A stretch of 25,603 nt of DNA from an uncultured Candidatus Saccharibacteria bacterium (GTDB lineage: Bacteria; Patescibacteriota; Saccharimonadia; CAILAD01; BJGX01): positions 1 to 25,603 of the forward strand of contig CAYSEY010000001.1 of NCBI GenBank assembly GCA_964430405.1, given 5' to 3'. Position numbers and translations under genes: made by a program. The notes under the pieces were generated by a model. It had not been told where the DNA came from, searched no databases, and saw only the letters and a program-made list of their open reading frames with translations. Positions 17,043-25,117 of the stretch are shown piece after piece. Every line of letters begins with the position of its first letter. Within the stretch, counting starts at the first letter, position 1.

Positions 17043-17405
17043 ATGAAACTTAGTGGAGTTATGCTAAATAGCGAAAACCCAAATGAACTAGCGAAATTCT
17101 ATACAAAAATACTCGGCAAACCAGGCTGGCAAGAGGAGGAGTGGTATGGCTATGGTGATAGAGGTAGTAACTTACTAATTGGCCCTCACAGCGATGTAAA
17201 AGGAAAAAATACCGCACCAGCTAGGCTAATGCTCTCTTTCGCTGTTGAGGATGTAGCTAAAGAGTTCAATTTGGTTATAAGTGCAGGCGGTAAAGTTATA
17301 GCCGAACCACACCAACCCGACAAAGAAAATACGCCAAAAGCTTGGCTAGCCACGCTTGAAGATCCAGATGGTAATTACCTGCAACTTGCGACTCCTTGGG
17401 AATAA
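17043..17405 (+). CDS. VOC (glyoxalase/bleomycin resistance) family protein
   Basis: LAKFYTKILG, F.VEDV, DPDGN.LQL. AAGGAG RBS. TGCTACAAT at 17012-17020. Confidence 0.88.
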   Translation: MKLSGVMLNSENPNELAKFYTKILGKPGWQEEEWYGYGDRGSNLLIGPHSDVKGKNTAPARLMLSFAVEDVAKEFNLVISAGGKVIAEPHQPDKENTPKAWLATLEDPDGNYLQLATPWE

Positions 17406-17418
17406 ATACTAACTTAGA

Positions 17419-17447
17419 TTGACAGAACAAAGTACATATGTTATTAT
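17419..17447 (+). promoter_or_regulatory. Sigma70 promoter of the DEAD-box helicase
   Basis: TTGACA-17 nt-TATTAT with extended TG. Confidence 0.8.
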
Positions 17448-17529
17448 TTATGTACAAATTAATTATGTGATGAATACCGATATAAAGTAAAAACTACTCG
17501 CTGTTCATCAATTGAACAGAAAGGTATTC

Positions 17530-18735
17530 ATGGCATACAGATCTTTTTCTGCTTCTCGTTCCAAACGAGGCGGAAACCAAACACGATCATTCAGAAACAA
17601 TGGTCGCAAAAATAATAGAGGGAAAGCTTATATTGACCCTCAGAAGTTTATTAATAAAGCAGTCGACAAAATCGACATGGTTGAGTTTGTGCCTATTCAC
17701 AAATTTAGTGACTTTGGATTTATTAGCGAACTACAGTCAAATATCGCAAGTAAAGGACTAGAGCACCCAACTGCTATCCAAGACGGGGCAATAAAGGCAG
17801 TTATGGAGGGCAGGGATGTGATTGGCCTTGCTAATACTGGAACCGGTAAAACCGCAGCTTTCGTACTACCTCTTATTAATCGACTTAAGACAGATCCCGA
17901 ACAGAAAACAGTACTTATTATGGCTCCAACTCGTGAACTTGCTGTACAAATCGATGAGCAATTTAGGTTGTTCGCATTTAATCTACGCTTGTATTCCGCT
18001 ATCTGCGTAGGTGGAGTTAATATGCAAAAGCAAATTCGTGATTTACGTCGACGTCCCCAGGTTATTATTGGTACACCGGGCCGGCTAAAAGACTTAATGC
18101 AACAAGGCGAGCTTAAGTTGGGTTTTGTTACAACTTTGGTGCTCGATGAAGCAGATCGTATGCTCGATATGGGATTCTTACCAGATATTAAATCAATTAT
18201 TGCTGAGCTTCCGCAAAAACGACAGTCACTATGTTTTAGCGCAACTATAACGCCACAAATTCAATATTTGCTTGATACGATGCTAAATGATCCAGTTACA
18301 GTTTCGGTGCGTACTCGAGAAACAGCCGAACATATCGAGCAAGACGTGGTACGTGCTAGAAGCAAAGAAGACAAAATAGAGATGTTAAATGAGTTGCTTC
18401 GTAAAGAAGATTTTGAAAAGGTTCTAGTGTTTGGCGAAACTAAGTATGGAGTACAAAAATTAGCCGATAGCCTTACCAGGGCAGGAATGCCAGCTGAAGC
18501 GATTCACGGCAATAAAAGTCAACCACAACGCCAACGGGCTCTTAAGGCCTTTAAAGATGGCAAAGTAGGAATACTAGTTGCTACTGATGTAGCGGCACGC
18601 GGCTTGGACATTCCAAATGTAAGTCATGTTATTAACTTTGACCAACCCAACAACTACGAAGATTATATTCATCGTATTGGCCGAACTGGCCGTGCAGGAA
18701 AGCGCGGCAAAGCTCTGACATTCATAGCTGGTTAA
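17530..18735 (+). CDS. DEAD-box RNA helicase (RhlE/CshA-like)
   Basis: Q motif, ANTGTGKT, PTRELA, TPGR, DEAD, SAT, ARGLD, HRIGRTGR. ATG 17530 follows GAAAGG. Confidence 0.96.
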   Translation: MAYRSFSASRSKRGGNQTRSFRNNGRKNNRGKAYIDPQKFINKAVDKIDMVEFVPIHKFSDFGFISELQSNIASKGLEHPTAIQDGAIKAVMEGRDVIGLANTGTGKTAAFVLPLINRLKTDPEQKTVLIMAPTRELAVQIDEQFRLFAFNLRLYSAICVGGVNMQKQIRDLRRRPQVIIGTPGRLKDLMQQGELKLGFVTTLVLDEADRMLDMGFLPDIKSIIAELPQKRQSLCFSATITPQIQYLLDTMLNDPVTVSVRTRETAEHIEQDVVRARSKEDKIEMLNELLRKEDFEKVLVFGETKYGVQKLADSLTRAGMPAEAIHGNKSQPQRQRALKAFKDGKVGILVATDVAARGLDIPNVSHVINFDQPNNYEDYIHRIGRTGRAGKRGKALTFIAG

Positions 18736-19961
18736 CTCTTCTTTAAAGTTTCTAAATATACATTTAAATAGTCGGTTAGCATCTTTGGAGTCACGAAGTT
18801 TTGTTTTACATGTTGGTGGGCTTCATCTCCTAGGTGATTAAATATGTATCGTCGCTTAATAACTTCGTTTAGTAATGCAACGTTGGCTAGTTGGTTATTT
18901 GATAGGTAGTAGCCGGTTTTATCGTGAATTATTTGCAATGCTATTCCGCCGACAGGCCTAGAGAATACAACTCTTTTTTTCCACATGGCTTCGGTTACTG
19001 TTAGTCCGAATCCTTCACGGGTAGAGTTTTGAATTACTACAAGTGCATTTTGCTGAATAGCATTTACTTCCATGTCGCTGGCATCAACAATAATATCAAC
19101 ACCACCCCCGGCTACTTCTCTAGCTTTGGCTTTGGTAATATTATAGTACTCTAATCCTTCTGGATCGTCGGTGGCATAGTTTCCGATTAATATACACCTG
19201 AGATCCGGATTGGTGGGCTTTAGTTGTTCATAGAGCTTGATTACGCCGATTGGATCCTTGAATTTATCAAATCTAGAGACTTGTAGTATATAAGGTGTTT
19301 TGGAGCTTAAGTTGTGTTTAAGCAGATGCTTTTCTGTTTCGGTTTCACTCAGCTTAATGTTCTTGGGTGATAAGGGATCGATCGCCGGATGAACGATTGA
19401 GACTTTGCTATTGTCTAAGCCGTGTACATAAGCGTCTAGTGAGAAAATCACCCTTTTGAAGTGTTGATAGTAGCCCTGCAACCATTCGAAGCTAGATGGG
19501 TCAGCTTCGGTCAAATCAATGTGGCAGCGCCAAACTAACGGCTTATGCTTGAGAAAGGGTACTAAGCCCAGGGTTTGTGGGTCATGAAGTACATATAGGT
19601 CGGCTTCGGGCAGAGTTTCGGCTACTTTTGATAAGTATTGTTGATAGTATTTAAAATCTAAAGCTTGGTCCAGTGCGCACTCACCTTGCAGGCAATTGTG
19701 GAGACCCTTAGTTGTCTTAAAGAATCTATCGTCTGGTGGTAGCACATACCAACTTACATCTAGCCCTAGTTCGTTGCAAAGCGGTATTTGGCTAGATAGT
19801 AGTTCTGCCACACCACCCCCAACTGCGGTAGCGTTTATTTCGACTATTTTTTTGCCTTTTAGCGGTGATGCCGCAGATCTGAGATTGTCTATCATCTCTT
19901 CACCGATCGAAATAGAATATTGGTTTAAAGAAGCAACTCTCGGCGGATTAGCTTTTTGCAT
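18732..19961 (-). CDS. treT: GT4 glycosyltransferase, trehalose synthase TreT-like
   Basis: INATAVGGGVAELL, HDPQ, WRCHID, PAIDPLS.KN, SRFDKFKDP, EGFGLTVTEAMWK. Confidence 0.82.
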   Translation of the reverse strand: MQKANPPRVASLNQYSISIGEEMIDNLRSAASPLKGKKIVEINATAVGGGVAELLSSQIPLCNELGLDVSWYVLPPDDRFFKTTKGLHNCLQGECALDQALDFKYYQQYLSKVAETLPEADLYVLHDPQTLGLVPFLKHKPLVWRCHIDLTEADPSSFEWLQGYYQHFKRVIFSLDAYVHGLDNSKVSIVHPAIDPLSPKNIKLSETETEKHLLKHNLSSKTPYILQVSRFDKFKDPIGVIKLYEQLKPTNPDLRCILIGNYATDDPEGLEYYNITKAKAREVAGGGVDIIVDASDMEVNAIQQNALVVIQNSTREGFGLTVTEAMWKKRVVFSRPVGGIALQIIHDKTGYYLSNNQLANVALLNEVIKRRYIFNHLGDEAHQHVKQNFVTPKMLTDYLNVYLETLKKS

Positions 19962-20782
19962 TAGCCAACCGTTAATTGATTCTTAGCCATAATCAAAGCG
20001 CCAATCAGTGGTGCAGTTTCTACGAACTTTGCTTTTTTAATCGGTGGGATAGGGTAGAGGCTGTGGAATTTATCTAGGTACGTCCGCAAGGGGGTAATAA
20101 AATGGTTGTAATGGACGCTCACACCTCCCCCTAAAACCACTATGTCAGGCTGAATAATTGTTATTAAGTTAAATAATCCTGTCGAAATATTTTTTGCAAT
20201 TTGTTCCCAATCACTTTTGCTAGTAATCTCAGCTGCTGTTTTGTGGTACTTTGCCTTTATAGCCCCGCCACTTGCTACTTTTTGGTACGCTACGCCTGGG
20301 AAAGGATGGCTGTGTATTATTTGTCTTCCTCCCTCGGAATTATATTGTTGAGTTATTGGCTCACCGTTTAATATAATCGCGGTTCCTATACCAGTTGAAA
20401 TCGTTACATATAGTACTAATTTGTGTTTTGCGCCGGCCCCTAACTTAGATTCCGCAATTCCACCGAGTGTAGCATCGTTACCGATAGTTGCAAGGCAGCC
20501 CAGTTCGTTTTTGAAGTAGTCATCGATAGGTAAGTATGACCAAGGAATGTGGCTAGGTTTTATAATACTCCCCCTGGTCTTATCTATTATTGCAGGGCTT
20601 GCTACACCAAGAGAAAGAACTTTTTTTGAGCCGGCAATCTCGAGTAGCTTTTCGAGATAAATTTTGAGGGCTAAAGATTGATTTTGTGGAGTCGGGATTA
20701 CAATATCTTTAGTGACCTTATTAGGGCTACTAGCAACTGCAATACGAGTTTTAGTTCCGCCGATGTCGATTGCTGCAAGCAT
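19961..20782 (-). CDS. ROK-family sugar kinase
   Basis: IDIGGTK, NDA, TISTGIG, VVLGGGV. Start placed at ATG 20782. Stop overlaps the treT start (TAATG). Confidence 0.88.
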   Translation of the reverse strand: MLAAIDIGGTKTRIAVASSPNKVTKDIVIPTPQNQSLALKIYLEKLLEIAGSKKVLSLGVASPAIIDKTRGSIIKPSHIPWSYLPIDDYFKNELGCLATIGNDATLGGIAESKLGAGAKHKLVLYVTISTGIGTAIILNGEPITQQYNSEGGRQIIHSHPFPGVAYQKVASGGAIKAKYHKTAAEITSKSDWEQIAKNISTGLFNLITIIQPDIVVLGGGVSVHYNHFITPLRTYLDKFHSLYPIPPIKKAKFVETAPLIGALIMAKNQLTVG

Positions 20783-20839
20783 ATGTTTTATTATAACTCT
20801 TTTCATTGATCTATCTAAATGGATTCAGAGCTAAACTTT

Positions 20840-20869
20840 AAGAGCCTCCGGAAAAATCCAGAGGCTCTT
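20840..20869 (-). terminator. 13-bp hairpin after purD
   Basis: Minus strand AAGAGCCTCTGGA-TTTT-TCCGGAGGCTCTT (one G-U), no U-tract. Confidence 0.65.
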
Positions 20870-20875
20870 TGTGCT

Positions 20876-22060
20876 CTACTGAAGAGCAATTCCGGGGTGA
20901 TATTGCATACCCGGCCAGTTGATCTTGGCAGCTGCCTGGTAGGCCAGGAGCCGAGCCGAGCCAACAGTGGTAGCGGTGGCGACCACGTTGAGGGTACGAC
21001 CACCGGTCGCAAGTACTTCGCCGTTGTTGCCTTGCGATGTTGCGGCGTGGAGTACGTGCACACCATTCATGCCTTCGGCGTCGTCGATGCCGGTGATGAC
21101 ACCGCCGGTGACGGGAGTGTCAGGGTAGTTCTCGCTGCACTGCACCACACAGACGCTGGCTTTGTCGTTGAATCGCACTGGTACGTCCAGGCTTCCGGTA
21201 GCGGCTCGGCTGAGCACGACTGCCAGATCTGATCTGAGCCTAGGCAAGACGGATTGGATCTCCGGGTCACCGAAACGGATGTTGTACTCCAGCGTCATCA
21301 CTCGTCCGTCGGGCAACAGCATGCCACCCCAGTAGAGCACCCCGCGGTAATCGATACCGCGGGTCTGCAAGGCTTGAAGGGTTGGTCGGATACAGGTTGC
21401 CATGACGAGCTCGGTCAGCTCAGGGGTGACCCAGTCGACCGGGGAATAGCTCCCCACGCCGCCGGTCATAAGTAGTTCACCATCGCGTGGCAAGTACTTG
21501 TAGTCCTGGGCCGAGCCAAAGCTCACGGCCGTCTTGCCATCGCAAACCGCGAAGACCGAGAACTCCCGGCCTTCCAGCACCTCTTCGACCACCACGGCTT
21601 TGCCCGAGCCATATGGCTCGCACTTGTGGACGATGTCGTGTTTGGCAGCTTCGGCCTCGTGCCAAACGGCTGCGCCTTTGCCGCCGGCCAAGTAGTCGGT
21701 CTTGACTACGGCATTCCCGCCGAGCTCATCGACGAACTTCACCAGGGCTTCTGAGTCGGCAATGGTGCCGCTCTGCCAGCGCGCCGTTGGCACACCGGCA
21801 TCGCTGAGCAATTGCTTCATCCAGACCTTGCTGCCCTCGAGCTGGGCACCATCGGCACCTGGCCCGAACACCAGTTTGCCTTGAGCTCGCAGGTGATCAG
21901 CCACGCCATCGACCAGCGGAGCTTCCGGACCACCGACGAATAGGTCGGCTTCCTCAGTCTCGGGATCGATAGAAAGAATCACCTTGTGCCCTTGGCTGCG
22001 CATCTTCCGAGCCAACGCCTGTTCGCGTCCTCCAGCCTTTCCGAAAATCACAACTTTCAT
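20876..22060 (-). CDS. purD: Phosphoribosylamine--glycine ligase
   Basis: GGREQAL, GPEAPLVDG, LEGSK, LAGGKG, LEYNIRFGDPE, GGR. GC-rich. Confidence 0.93.
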   Translation of the reverse strand: MKVVIFGKAGGREQALARKMRSQGHKVILSIDPETEEADLFVGGPEAPLVDGVADHLRAQGKLVFGPGADGAQLEGSKVWMKQLLSDAGVPTARWQSGTIADSEALVKFVDELGGNAVVKTDYLAGGKGAAVWHEAEAAKHDIVHKCEPYGSGKAVVVEEVLEGREFSVFAVCDGKTAVSFGSAQDYKYLPRDGELLMTGGVGSYSPVDWVTPELTELVMATCIRPTLQALQTRGIDYRGVLYWGGMLLPDGRVMTLEYNIRFGDPEIQSVLPRLRSDLAVVLSRAATGSLDVPVRFNDKASVCVVQCSENYPDTPVTGGVITGIDDAEGMNGVHVLHAATSQGNNGEVLATGGRTLNVVATATTVGSARLLAYQAAAKINWPGMQYHPGIALQ

Positions 22061-22251
22061 GTGCTTTCTCTTCTCTATAGTGAATAGAACATAGATAGTT
22101 TAAACCTGTTGGATTAACTTGTAAACAATATATAGCCTTTATAACTAGCTAGTTTTACCGCTTGTGTTTAAACTACCGAAATATTATATAATTGCTCGAG
22201 TTCAATAGTTCATTCACAGGGCTTTAGCCCTCTAAGTAAAGGAGGGCAGGG

Positions 22252-23706
22252 ATGCCCACAGAAAAGAATCTGATGATGCCGGGCAACCCCCGGTATCAGC
22301 CGAAGGTGTTGCGGGAGATCTTCGGCTACGACAACGCATACAAGGGGCTGGCTCGAGTTGAGCTGGCCAACCTGGATGTGCTCCACGCGATCGGCGTGAT
22401 GCCGGACGAGGATTATGTGCATCTCACCGATGAGGTGCGTCAGTCGGTGCTCGACATTCGGGCAACCGAAGTCGACGAGCGTGAGCGAGCGGTTACCAAG
22501 CACGATGTGCGGGCTTGGGTACAACTGGCGCAAGCCCTGATGCATCCGAGTTTGGCACGGTGGGTGCACGTGCCGCTCACCAGCTATGACGCGCTCGATA
22601 CCGGGCGGATCTTGCACTTCGCGGATGCCTTTGACGAGGTGTTGGAGCCCAGCTTGAAGCACCTGATTGCTGTTTTGGCTGACCAAGTGGAGCGACATGC
22701 CGAGACAGTGCAGATCGGCCGTACCCACGGCCAGCATGCTTTGCCGATTACCGTCGGTTTTTGGCTGGCAACCTGCTTGGAGAGGGCGGTGGTTGGCTAT
22801 GAGGCTCTCAAGTGGAGTCGTAATGGCTTGGTCGGCAAGATCTCTGGAGCGGTCGGGGCGAGCAACGCCTTGGTTGGCCTGGGGATCGAAGACAGTGCCG
22901 AAAAGGCCACTGCTCATGGATTTTCGAATACCTATGAGGAGTTGGTGCTTGGCAGGCTTGGCCTGAGGGTTGGGTTGATCAGTACGCAGGTACTGCAGCC
23001 AGAGCCGCTGGAGCGGTTCTTGCATGACTGCATGATGATGAGTCAGGTACTGGCCAAGCTGGCCGATGATTGCCGGCACCTGATGCGTACAGAGATCGGT
23101 GAAGTCACCGAGCCTTTCGCAGCCGGTCAGGTGGGTTCATCAACCATGGCACACAAGCGCAACCCGATCAACTTCGAGACGGTGGTTGGGCAAGGCGAGA
23201 AGGCCCTGGCAGAGTACATCAAGGTGCTGCTGACGCTCAATTCCGAGCATCAGAGGGATCTCACTGGCAGTTCGGTGGCTCGGGATTTCCCGGTGTTGCC
23301 GATCATCCTCCAGACCCAGCTCGACACGCTGTTGCGTGCTGACAAGGACGGGACACCATTCCTTGCCAGGATCGGTGTGGACGATGAAGCGCTGAAACGC
23401 AACTTCGAGCGTTCGGCCTACGATGTGATGGCTGAGCCGGTGTACATCGCCTTGCAGATGGCGGGGTATGTGGGCGACGCCCACGAGCTGGTCAACCACA
23501 CCGTGGTGCCGCAGGCTCGTGAGAACGGTCTTACGCTCATGGCACAGCTCAAGACCTTGGCACAAACTGATTCCGAGTTGAGCACTGTGCTGGATTCAAT
23601 CCCGGCGGATGTGCTCAGCTTGTTGGATGAGCCGGAGTGCTACACCGGCAATGCAGCCGGGAAGGCAAGGGACGTCGTAGAGTATGCGCGTTCGGCGATT
23701 GGCTGA
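22252..23706 (+). CDS. purB: Adenylosuccinate lyase
   Basis: TKHDV, VH..LTSYD, GRTHGQHA.P, KISGAVG, QVGSSTMAHKRNP, HQRDLT. AAGGAGG RBS. GC-rich. Confidence 0.92.
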   Translation: MPTEKNLMMPGNPRYQPKVLREIFGYDNAYKGLARVELANLDVLHAIGVMPDEDYVHLTDEVRQSVLDIRATEVDERERAVTKHDVRAWVQLAQALMHPSLARWVHVPLTSYDALDTGRILHFADAFDEVLEPSLKHLIAVLADQVERHAETVQIGRTHGQHALPITVGFWLATCLERAVVGYEALKWSRNGLVGKISGAVGASNALVGLGIEDSAEKATAHGFSNTYEELVLGRLGLRVGLISTQVLQPEPLERFLHDCMMMSQVLAKLADDCRHLMRTEIGEVTEPFAAGQVGSSTMAHKRNPINFETVVGQGEKALAEYIKVLLTLNSEHQRDLTGSSVARDFPVLPIILQTQLDTLLRADKDGTPFLARIGVDDEALKRNFERSAYDVMAEPVYIALQMAGYVGDAHELVNHTVVPQARENGLTLMAQLKTLAQTDSELSTVLDSIPADVLSLLDEPECYTGNAAGKARDVVEYARSAIG

Positions 23707-23712
23707 ATTTGG

Positions 23713-23749
23713 GGGCCTGGGAGCTTGGATTATCCGAGTTTCCGGGCCC
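23713..23749 (+). terminator. 17-bp hairpin after purB
   Basis: GGGCCTGGGAGCTTGGA-TTA-TCCGAGTTTCCGGGCCC with four G-U pairs on +, then a short U-rich tail. Confidence 0.75.
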
Positions 23750-23862
23750 TTTGGCTATTTATTACACTTTAGTTAGTTCCAAAATTCAGAATTGTTTCTG
23801 AGCTTTGGAACTCTGCCAAGACCGAAGTCTTGGCAGTTGAGTTCTTACTACGGGTAGATGGG

Positions 23863-24276
23863 CTAGCAGCGGCAGTCGAGGTAGTAACGATCGCAGTTGT
23901 CGCAGCGTTCGTCGTCGTACACATCCTCGTAGTCGCCCGGGTAGAGGCGCCGATTCTCGGCGTCGATGGCGCGTTCGAGCGCGGTGGGAGCGGACCGTTG
24001 GCGGACCCGCGGGTCTTCGATCTCGGTCCACTGGCCGTCGATGAACTGCTCGAACCGGTAGTCGTACCGGATCAGGCCGTCCTCGATCTCAGAGTGGTCG
24101 AGCGGGTCGGCGCCGTAGATCTCGCTGGGCGGGAACTGCTTGGAGAGCTCGACGATGTCGTCGCCCTCCCACTTGGTGGTCTCGGTGACCTTGCTCGGGG
24201 TGCCGTTGTTGTAGGCACCGAAGTCATTGGTCAGGATTTGGATGACCCTGAAACGGGTGGTGGTTTGGGTGGGCAT
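23863..24276 (-). CDS. Hypothetical acidic protein (137 aa) with C-terminal CxxC-x6-CxC
   Basis: AAGGAGG RBS before ATG 24276. Promoter TTGACT-17-TAATAT (24337-24309). Third codon positions are strongly G/C on this strand. Confidence 0.8.
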   Translation of the reverse strand: MPTQTTTRFRVIQILTNDFGAYNNGTPSKVTETTKWEGDDIVELSKQFPPSEIYGADPLDHSEIEDGLIRYDYRFEQFIDGQWTEIEDPRVRQRSAPTALERAIDAENRRLYPGDYEDVYDDERCDNCDRYYLDCRC

Positions 24277-24378
24277 ATGCCCTCCTTCTGTAGTAGGAAC
24301 TGGCAAATATATTAGCATAATAACTATGAAAAGTCAATAGTAACAACAGATTACCATCAGATATGCTAAAATAACTGT

Positions 24379-25101
24379 ATGAATAAAAAACGACTTGTAT
24401 TTGATATCGAGATGGTTGGCGAGGACTTCGATAAGTTCGATCCAGCTACTCAAAAAGATTTAACTAAACGCGTACCAGATAAAAAGAAGGATCCAGCAGG
24501 CTATGAAAAGGCCATGGAGGATATTAAGCAAAACCTAGTATTTAGCCCGCTTACAGGTAAGATCGTAGCTATTGGTGTATATGATGCCGATGAAGAAAAA
24601 GGAGCTGTATACTACGACACTAACGGTAAAAAAGCTGATGATGTCGAAGAAAACGGCATAAAGTACACAGCTATGAGTGAGGCTGAAATGCTTACGAAAT
24701 TTTGGGGTTTGGCCGAGATTACGGATGAGTTTATTAGCTTTTTTGGACGACGTGCCGATGTTCCATATATGATGATCCGTTCAGCCGTACATGGAATTCG
24801 ACCAAGCAAGGACCTTATTAGTAATCGATATAATTCTACTGGTCTTAGAGGAGCTACTCACCACGATTTGTTTGATCTGCTAACTTTTTATGGTGGGGCA
24901 ATGTATAAGGGAAGCTTACACCGCTGGTGCAGGGCTTTTGGTATAACCAGCCCTAAAGAGGGCGGTATGGATGGAAGTGATGTTGGCCCGGCCTACGAGG
25001 AGGGGAAGTATCTGGATATTGCCAAATATAATGCTGAAGATTTGTTTGCCACAGCTAAGCTATTCCACTATTGGGATCAGTATTTGCGCGCAAAAGTTTA
25101 A
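24379..25101 (+). CDS. PolB-like 3'-5' exonuclease (RNase H-like fold)
   Basis: LVFDIE, D.P, H.DL, FGI.SPK, YNAEDL.AT. TGCTAAAAT lies 6 nt before the ATG. Confidence 0.85.
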   Translation: MNKKRLVFDIEMVGEDFDKFDPATQKDLTKRVPDKKKDPAGYEKAMEDIKQNLVFSPLTGKIVAIGVYDADEEKGAVYYDTNGKKADDVEENGIKYTAMSEAEMLTKFWGLAEITDEFISFFGRRADVPYMMIRSAVHGIRPSKDLISNRYNSTGLRGATHHDLFDLLTFYGGAMYKGSLHRWCRAFGITSPKEGGMDGSDVGPAYEEGKYLDIAKYNAEDLFATAKLFHYWDQYLRAKV

Positions 25102-25117
25102 CAAAGGAGTTATTAAT

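Noticed and set aside
23830..24315. 161-aa + strand ORF, and similar long ORFs 17..565-, 20819..21232+, 22210..23079-, 23140..23565-
   Set aside because: Antisense shadows of GC-rich genes. They have no RBS or recognisable motifs, while the opposite strand carries the motifs and expression signals.
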